DNA of 64,000 nucleotides from Candidatus Limnocylindrales bacterium (GTDB lineage Bacteria; Chloroflexota; Limnocylindria; Limnocylindrales; CSP1-4): NCBI GenBank assembly GCA_036392215.1, contig DASVYJ010000027.1, positions 15,637 to 79,636 of the forward strand, read 5' to 3'. Shown piece by piece: positions 50,108 to 58,009 of this stretch (position 1 is its first letter; each line of letters starts with the position of its first letter). The notes under the pieces were generated by a model. It saw only the letters and a program-made list of their open reading frames with translations, ran no database searches and was not told where the DNA came from. The position numbers and the translations under genes were made by a program.

Positions 50108-51573
50108 TCGTCCACCCGCACGGTCTGGTAGCCCGGCTCCCAGGAACGGTGCTCGCCGCGCATCAGCGAGACGGCCGCGCCGAGGGAGCTCGCCACGACC
50201 CCCGCCGCGAAGGCGAGATGGAGCGCGTTGATGAACGGCTCGAGGTTGACGCCGCTCGTCCCGGCCTGGGTCCCGGCGAAGATGCGCAGCATCACGTGGG
50301 GGTCCATCGCCGAGGTCACCAGGCCGATGGACAGGGCGATGCTGACGACGAAGCCGGACTGCTGGAGCATCATCCGCGTGCCCGCCCCGATGCCCCGCTT
50401 GGCCGGCGGCACGACGCCCATCACAGCCGACGTGTTCGGCGAGTTGAAGATGCCCGAGCCCGCCCCGACGATGAGCTGCCAGAGCGCGAGCTGCCAGTAG
50501 GGCGTCCGGACGTCGAGCGTCATGAGCCCGGCCAGGCCGATACCGGTGATGACCATGCCCGCCGTCGCCAGGCCTCGCGAGCCGTAGCGGTCGGCAAGGG
50601 CGCCCGAGATCGGTGAGAGGACGAGCAGGCCGACGGCGAGCGGCGCCAGCAGGATCCCGGCGGTGACGGGGTCGTCGCCCTTGACGCCCTGGAGGTAGAA
50701 GACCAGCAGGAAGAGGACGCCGTTGCGGGCCACGCCGTTCAGGAATCCGGTCAGGTTGCCCATGCTGAACAGCCGGTCCCGGAACAGCTCGAGGTCGAGC
50801 AGCGGGGCGTCGTGGCGCAGCTCCACCCACAGGAAGACCGGCAGGATCACGACGAAGGCGACGACGCCGCCGGCCACCCACCAGGTCGTCCAGCCGTAGA
50901 TGCCGCCGAAGGCGAGGGCCGTCATCAGGCCGAGCAGGCCGAGCAGGTAGAGCGCGGTGCCCGGCCAGTCGATCCGCAGCCGTCCCTCCGGTGCGCTCTG
51001 CTCCACGAGGATCGTGGCCGCGGCCGCGATGCCCAGGACGCCGATCGGCAGGTTGAACCAGAAGACCCAGCGCCAGCCGAACTCGGTCAGCCAGCCGCCG
51101 AGGATCGGCCCGAGGATCATCCCCGCCCCGATGACCATGGCGTTGATGCCGAGGGCGCGCCCCAGCTCGCGACGGGGGAACGCGTCGGTCACCAGGGCGG
51201 CCGAGTTGCCCATCATCAGGGCGCCGCCCAGGCCCTGGAGGAGGCGCCAGGCGATGAGCTGGGTCGCGTCGCCCGCCACACCGCAGAGGGCGGACGCGGC
51301 GGTGAACACGACGAAACCGATGGTGTAGGAGCGGGCCCGCCCGATCATGTCGGCGACGCGCCCGGCATTGAGGACCAGGACCGTCGCCACGAGGGTGTAG
51401 CCGACGACGATCCAGAGCAGGGCGAACAGGTCCGTGTGCAGCTCGCGGAGGATGTCGGGCAGGGCGATGATCAGGGTGCCCGAGGTCAGCGAGGCGAGGA
51501 GCGCGCCGAGGCTGGTCACCGTCAGGACCCACCAGCGGTAGCTCGGTCGGGTGGGATCGACGAAGCGCCTCAC
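50104..51573 (-). CDS. MFS transporter, DHA2-like (14-TM drug:H+ antiporter family)
   Basis: MRRFVDPTRPSYRWWVLTVTSLGALLASL...GRVADMIGRAR... Confidence 0.85.
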   Translation of the reverse strand: MRRFVDPTRPSYRWWVLTVTSLGALLASLTSGTLIIALPDILRELHTDLFALLWIVVGYTLVATVLVLNAGRVADMIGRARSYTIGFVVFTAASALCGVAGDATQLIAWRLLQGLGGALMMGNSAALVTDAFPRRELGRALGINAMVIGAGMILGPILGGWLTEFGWRWVFWFNLPIGVLGIAAAATILVEQSAPEGRLRIDWPGTALYLLGLLGLMTALAFGGIYGWTTWWVAGGVVAFVVILPVFLWVELRHDAPLLDLELFRDRLFSMGNLTGFLNGVARNGVLFLLVFYLQGVKGDDPVTAGILLAPLAVGLLVLSPISGALADRYGSRGLATAGMVITGIGLAGLMTLDVRTPYWQLALWQLIVGAGSGIFNSPNTSAVMGVVPPAKRGIGAGTRMMLQQSGFVVSIALSIGLVTSAMDPHVMLRIFAGTQAGTSGVNLEPFINALHLAFAAGVVASSLGAAVSLMRGEHRSWEPGYQTVRVDE

Positions 51574-52115
51574 GACCGCGCCTTGCCGCGCTCGACGCCG
51601 GGGCCCCGCTGGAGTTCCGCCTCGGCAGCCGCCACGTGATCGCGCAGGCGGCCCTTGCGGGCCTCGACGTCGGCCACCAGCGCCTGCAGCCGGTCGAGCT
51701 TCGGCCGGAGGCTGGCCTCGAGCCGCTCGACGCTGGCCAGCCGCTCGCGGAAGATGGCCGCCCGCTCGGCCGGGTCGTCGATGGCCTTGAGGGCCGCCTT
51801 CGCCCGCCGGCGCGCCTCCTCGTCCTCGAGGATCTGGCCGATCTCCGCCAGCGAGAGCCCGGCATCGTCGCGGAGGGCCTTGATCGCCTGCAGCCGCTCC
51901 AGGTCGGACGCATCGTAGAGCCGGTAGTCGCCGACGCTCCGGGCGGTCGGCCGGAGGAGGCCGACCTCTTCGTAGTAGCGGATGGACCGGGGGGTCAGGC
52001 CGGTCTCGGCCGCGACCTCCTGGATGCGCAGAAGCCGCTCCGCCTCGGCGGAGCGGTCGGGTTCGGCGGGGGCGGGGGCGTCAGGGCGACCCTGGCCGGT
52101 GGTCATGCTGGTCAC
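51570..52115 (-). CDS. MerR-family transcriptional regulator
   Basis: LLRIQEVAAETGLTPRSIRYYEEVGLLRPTARSVGDYRLYDASDLERLQAIKALR is a MerR HTH, followed by a coiled coil. ATGA overlap with the MFS gene. Confidence 0.8.
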   Translation of the reverse strand: MTSMTTGQGRPDAPAPAEPDRSAEAERLLRIQEVAAETGLTPRSIRYYEEVGLLRPTARSVGDYRLYDASDLERLQAIKALRDDAGLSLAEIGQILEDEEARRRAKAALKAIDDPAERAAIFRERLASVERLEASLRPKLDRLQALVADVEARKGRLRDHVAAAEAELQRGPGVERGKARS

Positions 52116-52130
52116 GGGCCCATCCTACCA

Positions 52131-52160
52131 AACCTTGCCGTTTACGTAAAGGTTATGGTT
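52131..52160. promoter_or_regulatory. Perfect 10-bp palindrome TTTACGTAAA flanked by AACCTT / AAGGTT, about 20 nt upstream of the MerR start: candidate MerR operator in a divergent promoter region
   Basis: Seen in the sequence. Confidence 0.4.
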
Positions 52161-52233
52161 CTAGCTGTCGGCGTCCGGACGGGCTGCCTGTCCGTCGGGG
52201 CGCGCGCTCTGCCGAGCCCCGCCGAGGCGCCGC

Positions 52234-52268
52234 CCTGTCGCCTGTCGCCTGTCTCCTGTCTCCTGTCA
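52234..52268. repeat. Five tandem heptamers CCTGTC(G/T/A): CCTGTCG CCTGTCG CCTGTCT CCTGTCT CCTGTCA
   Basis: Seen in the sequence, between the MerR gene and the promoter of the downstream plus-strand operon. Confidence 0.6.
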
Positions 52269-52283
52269 ACCATCGCTTGTCCA

Positions 52284-52312
52284 TTGACGGGGGCGCGCGC
52301 CGCACCTAGCAT
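52284..52312 (+). promoter_or_regulatory. Sigma-70-like promoter: TTGACG, 17-nt spacer, TAGCAT
   Basis: Seen in the sequence, about 140 nt upstream of the ATG at 52452. Confidence 0.4.
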
Positions 52313-52451
52313 CCGCCCCTGCGCGCCGCCGCGGGTGCGCACCGGTCCAGTGCTCCAGCGCCGTCAGGCCATCGATGCCGCTCGTCCCCGGCGCCGCGGT
52401 CCCACCGCTGCCCGTCCGACGCGCGAGTGTGCCCAGCGGGGGGACCTGCCC

Positions 52452-55286
52452 ATGCCCGGACCGTTCACCCACATCTACGCCCAGCGCCAGGTGGCGGAGT
52501 TCCTGGCCACGGCGGCCGCCGACGGCGGCTCGACGGGCGACTTCATCCGGGCTCGCGACGGCAAGCTGCTCGGCGAGCAGGCCCTCGATCCCGGACGCCT
52601 GGCCGGCCTGGGACCGGCCGACTGCGGCGGCCTCATGCAGGCCTGGCCCAAGTTCGCCGCCCTCGGCGCCATCGGGCCCGACCTGTTCTTCTTCCTCCAG
52701 GACTACGCCCAGCCGGCCGTCCCCTGCGACGAGCTGATGCTGGCCATGAGCCTGCTCTACTGGCTCGACGACCAGGGCCGCCTCGACGACCCCTGGGACG
52801 GCCTGCTGGCGATCATCGGCGACATCACCGGAAACGCCTTCGTGGCCCTCCTGCGCTTCCTCATCAAGCTCGACAAGATCTGGCAGAAGTTCCTCGACGC
52901 GATCGACGACCTGGTCGGCCCGATCCTGGACGCGGCGGGGCAGGTCATCGACGACCTGACCGGCGGGCTCCTCGACGAGCTCGGCGACGCCTTCACCACC
53001 CTCAAGAACGACCTGCTCGCCTTCGCCGGCGAGGAGATCCTGTCCGAGGCGGACATCTTCAGCTGGTTCTCCCTGAAGATGCGGGCCGGCTACGACGAGC
53101 AGTCGTTCCTATGGAGCGACATGACCCACTACCGGCTGACGAGCCGGGTCCCGGGTCGGCTGCTCGAGCACGCCCGGGCGATGCGGGCGAGCGCCGACGC
53201 GACCGAGCGCGAGCACGGCGACCAGTTGGCGGCCTACGCCCTCGGCTGGATCTGCCACGTCGGGACGGACACGACCGCCCACTCGTTCGTGAACGAGCAG
53301 GCCGGGGGGCCGTTCCGGACCCACTGGCAGCGCCATCACCTGGTCGAGAACCATCTCGACGCATTCGATTACGAGGCGACCGGCAACGGCGCGCTGCCGG
53401 CCGACGACAAGGTCGGCTGGATCGACACCTACGAAGGGCTCGCCCACAGCGCCCTCTACTTCGCCGTCCAGATCCCCCAGGACATCGATTCGCTGCCGGC
53501 GGACCAGAAGGAGGGTGACTGGCGGCGACCGTTGCCCGACGCCGACACGCGGGCCGGCCGCAAGCAGCGGGCCGAGCTGCTGGACACCGACGGGGCGATC
53601 CCGGGCTGGATGGCGGACACCATCGCCCGGGTCCTCGTCGAGGTCTATGCCCGGCCCGAGGAGGGCGGGCTGGCGGACCCGGCCTACGTCGCGGAGCGCG
53701 GGCCGCATCCGCGGAACCTGCTCGGCAAGGCCTTCCAGGACGGGCTCGGTGACGGGACCACGTTGCTGGGCCACTGGCTGGACGTGCTCGGCGTCGGCGA
53801 CCCCGGCCTGGCGATGCACGACCTTCGCGAAGCGGTCGCGCCGACCCCGCCCGCCGACCTCGCGACCCCCGAAGGATTCCCCCTGCCGTGGGAGATCAAG
53901 GTCGCCTACCGCTTCCTGTTGAGCTGGTTCAAGCGCCAGTACAACACGGGACTGGACATGGACAAGCCCCACCGACCGACCGTCTTCGTGCCGCCGGCCG
54001 CCGACTTCGTCCCGACGCCGCCCGACTTCTCGGGCGTGGACCCCTCCGACCCGCCGCTCGAGCAGGCCTGCGAGGTCCTGGCGGCGCTCCTGGACTGGCT
54101 CTTCAAGTCGCTCGAGCAGGCCGGCCAGCTGGCCTACGACCTGGCCAAGTCGGCCGCCTCCGGGGCGACCTTGCCGGCGCGCGACGCGCTCTACTACGGG
54201 CTGATCCTGCCCGCCTGGCAGGTCTGCGAGAACATGCGCCAGGTCCTCGTCCACCTGGCCTACCTGATGCCGCAGTCGGAGTTGCGCTACGACGACGGGG
54301 AGCTCCGGCGGCCGAACGAGATCGACCACGAGCTGATCAGCCTCGGCCACACCGTGGACGGCGCCTTCGCCGCGGCCCTGGCCGCGGCCTTCGACGTGCT
54401 GGGCAATCTCGACCATGATCCCGCCCTGACCGCCGACACGATCCGCAACCCCAAGGGCGGCCCGAACCGCGCCTACCCCTGGCTGCCCGTCCGGCCGACC
54501 CGTCGGTCGGCGGGCCAGACGACGTCGGCCCCCGGCATCTTCGGGTCCGACGTCGTCGAGTTCCGCCGGCCATGGGGGTTCCCCGACCGGACCAACGACA
54601 CCGACCCGCAACAGGCCGGCAACACGGTCGAGACGCCCCAGACCGTCCCCGGGCCCTATCCGCGGGACGCCATGCCGACGCTCCTGCTGGCTCGCGACGG
54701 TCCGGCTGACAACCGGATGAGGTTCGACTACGAGACGGCCGGCTGCCCGGAGCAGACCGACGGCTACAACGAGGAGTTCATCGGCCGGGCGCCGTTCACC
54801 CACGGCTACCCGGTGCCCGACGGGACCGCGCCCGGCGACGTCTCGGGCACCAATCCGCTCGGCGACCCGGTCATCTTCTCGGCCTACCTGATCGGCCAGA
54901 TCGCGGCCAACCCCCGCTTCGACGCCGACTTCAACCTGGACGCGGACCGCGGCTTCGGGTATCTGGCCTGGGACTGGGTCCGCGACCCGAAGATGACCAC
55001 CGGCAACCAGCGGGGCCAGCCCTATCAGGTCCCGCTGACCTGGCCCGAGGGCACGGTCGGCCAGTGGCGATATCCCCCGGCGGCCCCGGCCGACCAGGAT
55101 CCGCCGCCGCTCTACGACCCGCCCCTCCAGCTCCACTACCTGGGCCGCGAGTGCGGCCCCACGTCCGACGGCGCCCAGACCCACGGGCCCCTCGACCGGG
55201 GCCGGGGAGCCGCGCCGACCCCCGGCGGCACAGCCCGCCGAGCCCCGCGGCCCGCGCGCGGCCGGTCGGGAGGAGGCCCGCGATGA
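52452..55286 (+). CDS. Large cytoplasmic protein (945 aa) with an N-terminal Zn-dependent phospholipase C / P1-nuclease-like domain and a long C-terminal region of unknown function
   Basis: The N-terminus MPGPFTHIYAQ... (the xTH start is typical of cytoplasmic Zn_dep_PLPC-fold proteins) ...LGWICHVGTDTTAHSFVNE resembles the HYLGDxxQPxH Zn site. No signal peptide. The 816-nt upstream part of the ORF is intergenic and was rejected. Confidence 0.65.
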   Translation: MPGPFTHIYAQRQVAEFLATAAADGGSTGDFIRARDGKLLGEQALDPGRLAGLGPADCGGLMQAWPKFAALGAIGPDLFFFLQDYAQPAVPCDELMLAMSLLYWLDDQGRLDDPWDGLLAIIGDITGNAFVALLRFLIKLDKIWQKFLDAIDDLVGPILDAAGQVIDDLTGGLLDELGDAFTTLKNDLLAFAGEEILSEADIFSWFSLKMRAGYDEQSFLWSDMTHYRLTSRVPGRLLEHARAMRASADATEREHGDQLAAYALGWICHVGTDTTAHSFVNEQAGGPFRTHWQRHHLVENHLDAFDYEATGNGALPADDKVGWIDTYEGLAHSALYFAVQIPQDIDSLPADQKEGDWRRPLPDADTRAGRKQRAELLDTDGAIPGWMADTIARVLVEVYARPEEGGLADPAYVAERGPHPRNLLGKAFQDGLGDGTTLLGHWLDVLGVGDPGLAMHDLREAVAPTPPADLATPEGFPLPWEIKVAYRFLLSWFKRQYNTGLDMDKPHRPTVFVPPAADFVPTPPDFSGVDPSDPPLEQACEVLAALLDWLFKSLEQAGQLAYDLAKSAASGATLPARDALYYGLILPAWQVCENMRQVLVHLAYLMPQSELRYDDGELRRPNEIDHELISLGHTVDGAFAAALAAAFDVLGNLDHDPALTADTIRNPKGGPNRAYPWLPVRPTRRSAGQTTSAPGIFGSDVVEFRRPWGFPDRTNDTDPQQAGNTVETPQTVPGPYPRDAMPTLLLARDGPADNRMRFDYETAGCPEQTDGYNEEFIGRAPFTHGYPVPDGTAPGDVSGTNPLGDPVIFSAYLIGQIAANPRFDADFNLDADRGFGYLAWDWVRDPKMTTGNQRGQPYQVPLTWPEGTVGQWRYPPAAPADQDPPPLYDPPLQLHYLGRECGPTSDGAQTHGPLDRGRGAAPTPGGTARRAPRPARGRSGGGPR

Positions 55287-56545
55287 GCGACGAGCGACAC
55301 GAGCACCACGAGCACGGGCACCACGAGCACGGGCACCACGAGCACCACGAGCACGACTGTCATGACGAGCATCACCACCACTGCCATGGCGGCGGCCAGG
55401 TCCCGCTTCCGGCGGCGACGCCGACCGGTCCGCCCGTCGTCAACGTGACCGTCAACTGCGGTTGCGACCGCTGCCAGCCCGGCGGCGGCACCCCGCCCGG
55501 CACCCCGCCCGGCACCCGACCGCCCCACCAGACCGGCACCAGCGACGGCAGCCTCGACGGCGGGATCACGGACATCGGCGGGATCATCGGCGTCGCGACC
55601 CGCCCGCCCGGGGTCTGGCCGGGACCCCGCGATCGGCTCTACCTGCCGTTCCTGCTCGTCCGGGCCGTGCCGGGCGACCTGGGGGCGCGGCCGATCGGAG
55701 GCGTCTTCTGGGAGAGCCCGGACATCCTGATCGAGGCCGGCGTCCCGCCCGGGCTCGCACCTGACGTGCCGACCGCACTCGGTGCCGTCGCGAAGGCCAA
55801 TCAGGACAACACCGTCTACGCCCACGTCTGGAACCTGGGCCAAGGGCCTTCGCCCGAGACGCTGGTCGAGTTCTACTGGTTCGACCCCTCCCTCGGCTTC
55901 GACGCGGCCCATGCCCACCTCATCGGCGCCACCTGGGTGGACCTCGGGCCGCGCGGGGGCGCCGGAAGTCACCAGCTGGTGATGTGCCCCGTCTCCTGGC
56001 GGGCTCAGTACCTGAACGGCGGCCACGAGTGCCTCATGGTCCGGGTCAGCCAGCCGGTCCTCGACCCGCTCTCGGTCCCCGGCTGGGATGCCTCCGCCAA
56101 CCGCCACATCGGCCAGCGCAACATCCACGTCATGAGCGCCGCCGAGGCGGCCGCCCGGCCGACGCTGCCGATCGCGGTCGGCCCACTCTTCGGTGGGATG
56201 GCCCAGGTCGCCGTCGCCCGGGTGTCGACGGGCACGATGCCATGGCTGCACCTGGTCACGGGCAGCCGAACGACCACCTTCGGGACCGGCTTCGCGGGTG
56301 GCGACGTGGGCCTCACCGCGCCGACGCCCGCCGGCTCGCCGCTGCCGAACCTCGGCGGGGTGCCGGACCCACGTGGCGTCGGACTGATCGGCGACGGTCA
56401 CATGGTCGCCGCGGACGGCCAGCAGGTCGGCTTCCATGCCACGGACGGGGATCCCGGGGCCGGCAAGGCGCACGTCTACCGCGTCACCGGGACCCAGAAC
56501 GGGGCCGTCTTCGGCGGCTACACCGTCGTCGTGCTGGGGAGCTGA
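55283..56545 (+). CDS. Hypothetical protein (420 aa) with a His-rich N-terminus (MSDERHEHHEHGHHEHGHHEHHEHDCHDEHHHHCHGG)
   Basis: GGGAGGAGG RBS. ATGA overlap with the upstream 945-aa gene. No P-loop, so it is not HypB. The remainder has no recognised domain. Confidence 0.6.
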   Translation: MSDERHEHHEHGHHEHGHHEHHEHDCHDEHHHHCHGGGQVPLPAATPTGPPVVNVTVNCGCDRCQPGGGTPPGTPPGTRPPHQTGTSDGSLDGGITDIGGIIGVATRPPGVWPGPRDRLYLPFLLVRAVPGDLGARPIGGVFWESPDILIEAGVPPGLAPDVPTALGAVAKANQDNTVYAHVWNLGQGPSPETLVEFYWFDPSLGFDAAHAHLIGATWVDLGPRGGAGSHQLVMCPVSWRAQYLNGGHECLMVRVSQPVLDPLSVPGWDASANRHIGQRNIHVMSAAEAAARPTLPIAVGPLFGGMAQVAVARVSTGTMPWLHLVTGSRTTTFGTGFAGGDVGLTAPTPAGSPLPNLGGVPDPRGVGLIGDGHMVAADGQQVGFHATDGDPGAGKAHVYRVTGTQNGAVFGGYTVVVLGS

Positions 56546-56693
56546 CGCTGGAGCGGGCGGCCCGGATGTCGGGAACGCGGCCGCGGCCGGCTCCGCCACG
56601 ACGAAGGTACGGCTGGTTTCTCGCCGATCGACGATGGACCAGCGTCCCCGGAGCGGGCTAGGCTCGCTCCCGGACCGCAAGGGGAGACGAGCG

Positions 56694-57467
56694 ATGCCCG
56701 ACGGGGAGAGGGCGACACTCGAGCTGCTCGACCGGTTCCGCCTCGTGCATGGGCGGACGGACGTCGACGTGCCTCGCCAGTCGGCCACGATCCTGGCGTT
56801 CCTGGCCGTCCAGAATCGGCCGGTCCATCGGTCCCTCGTGGCCGGCACGCTGTGGGCCGACCTGCCGGAGCACCGTGCCCTGGCCGACCTGCGCTCGGCC
56901 CTCTACCGCATCCGCGTGCCCGTCGTGCGAGCGGTCGGCGACCTGCTCGAGCTGCGCCCTGGCGTCCGGGTCGACTTCCACGAGGCGATGGAGCTCGCCC
57001 GCGCCCTCTCCAGGACGACCCGCCCGCCCGACCGGGTCGAGCCCATCGTGGACCTGCTGGCCCGCGAGCTGCTGCCCGACAGCGACAGCGTCTGGATCGA
57101 GCCGGTCCGGGAGCGCTACCGTCACCTGCGCCTGCGCGCCCTCGAGACCGTGGCTCGCTGCCTGAGCGGCGTCGGGCGTCACGGCGAGGCCATCGAGGTC
57201 GCCCAGATGGCGACCGCGATCGAGCCCATGAGCGAGACGGCGGAGGCCGCCCTGATCCTCGCCTTCGTGGCCGAGGGCAACGAGGGGCTGGCGATCCGCG
57301 AGCACGAGAGCTTCCGGCGCCGCCTCTGGCGGGAACTTCGGGTCCGGCCGCGGCCCTTCGAGGAGCTGCGGGCGGTGGCTGCCGACGCGGCCGTACGGGA
57401 CGGGCAGGGGCCCGTCTCCACGATGCTCGGGTCGACGGCCGGCGACGAGCGCGTGACGGACTGGTGA
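56694..57467 (+). CDS. SARP-family transcriptional activator (OmpR-type winged helix plus BTAD)
   Basis: AAGGGGAG RBS. LELLDRFRLVHGRTDVDVPRQSATILAFLAVQNRPVHRSLVAGTLW...ALYRIRV is the SARP DNA-binding domain. The BTAD follows. Confidence 0.8.
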   Translation: MPDGERATLELLDRFRLVHGRTDVDVPRQSATILAFLAVQNRPVHRSLVAGTLWADLPEHRALADLRSALYRIRVPVVRAVGDLLELRPGVRVDFHEAMELARALSRTTRPPDRVEPIVDLLARELLPDSDSVWIEPVRERYRHLRLRALETVARCLSGVGRHGEAIEVAQMATAIEPMSETAEAALILAFVAEGNEGLAIREHESFRRRLWRELRVRPRPFEELRAVAADAAVRDGQGPVSTMLGSTAGDERVTDW

Positions 57468-57604
57468 CGCGATGGTGACGTTCGGACGACGGACGTCGGA
57501 CGGTCCGGTGACGTCGGGGTTACCGGGCCGCGACGGGACGGTGAAGCCGCTCCTCCAGCATCCCGGGCTGCGAGTCCAGCCCCGGAGCGTGGAGGTACTG
57601 TGCC

Positions 57605-57988
57605 ATGGAGTTCGAGGCCCGAAGGCTGCGCGTCCAGCTGCCCTGCGGGACCGACACGCTGATCGAATGCGTGTTCGCCACCTGTCGCCTGCCGTCGGTG
57701 ATCACCTGCCTCTACCGCACCCCGTTCTGCCCGACGTTCATCTCGCGGTGCGGCGGCTACCGGTCGATCATCTGCGACTTCGGGACGAACCGGACGTTCA
57801 CGCCGACCTGTGGCGGGACCATCTGGTACACGGAGACGCTGACCGAGACGGGGACGGAGACGATCCGCGAGGTGACCCAGTTCGAGGTCGACGAGCTGCC
57901 CCTGCTGCGCGAGCAGCTGGAGGGCCAGCTCAAGGAGGTCATCGCCGCGCAGGAGCAGGTGGCGAAGCGGAACAAGACGAGCCGCTAG
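57605..57988 (+). CDS. Small Cys/Thr-rich protein (127 aa): candidate RiPP precursor-like peptide
   Basis: GGAGGT RBS 8 nt upstream. Eight Cys at 14, 22, 27, 35, 42, 49, 57, 69 (spacing 5-12). Each is preceded by Ser/Thr. Then a Thr-rich TETLTETGTET segment and a C-terminal amphipathic helix LPLLREQLEGQLKEVIAAQEQV. Confidence 0.55.
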   Translation: MEFEARRLRVQLPCGTDTLIECVFATCRLPSVITCLYRTPFCPTFISRCGGYRSIICDFGTNRTFTPTCGGTIWYTETLTETGTETIREVTQFEVDELPLLREQLEGQLKEVIAAQEQVAKRNKTSR

Positions 57989-58009
57989 GCCGGCGACCGG
58001 GGGCGTCCG

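Noticed and set aside
48617-51913. 1098-aa ORF as one giant transporter
   Set aside because: The N-terminal 600 codons are an alternate frame over the DHA2-like MFS gene. The real product is a 496-aa MFS protein starting at the GTG at 50107.
51636-52451. First 272 codons of ORF 51636..55286
   Set aside because: This part runs through the MerR gene (antisense) and the intergenic promoter region. The protein starts at the ATG at 52452.
55283-55400. His-rich gene as hypB
   Set aside because: There is no Walker A/P-loop or any GTPase motif after the His-rich stretch.
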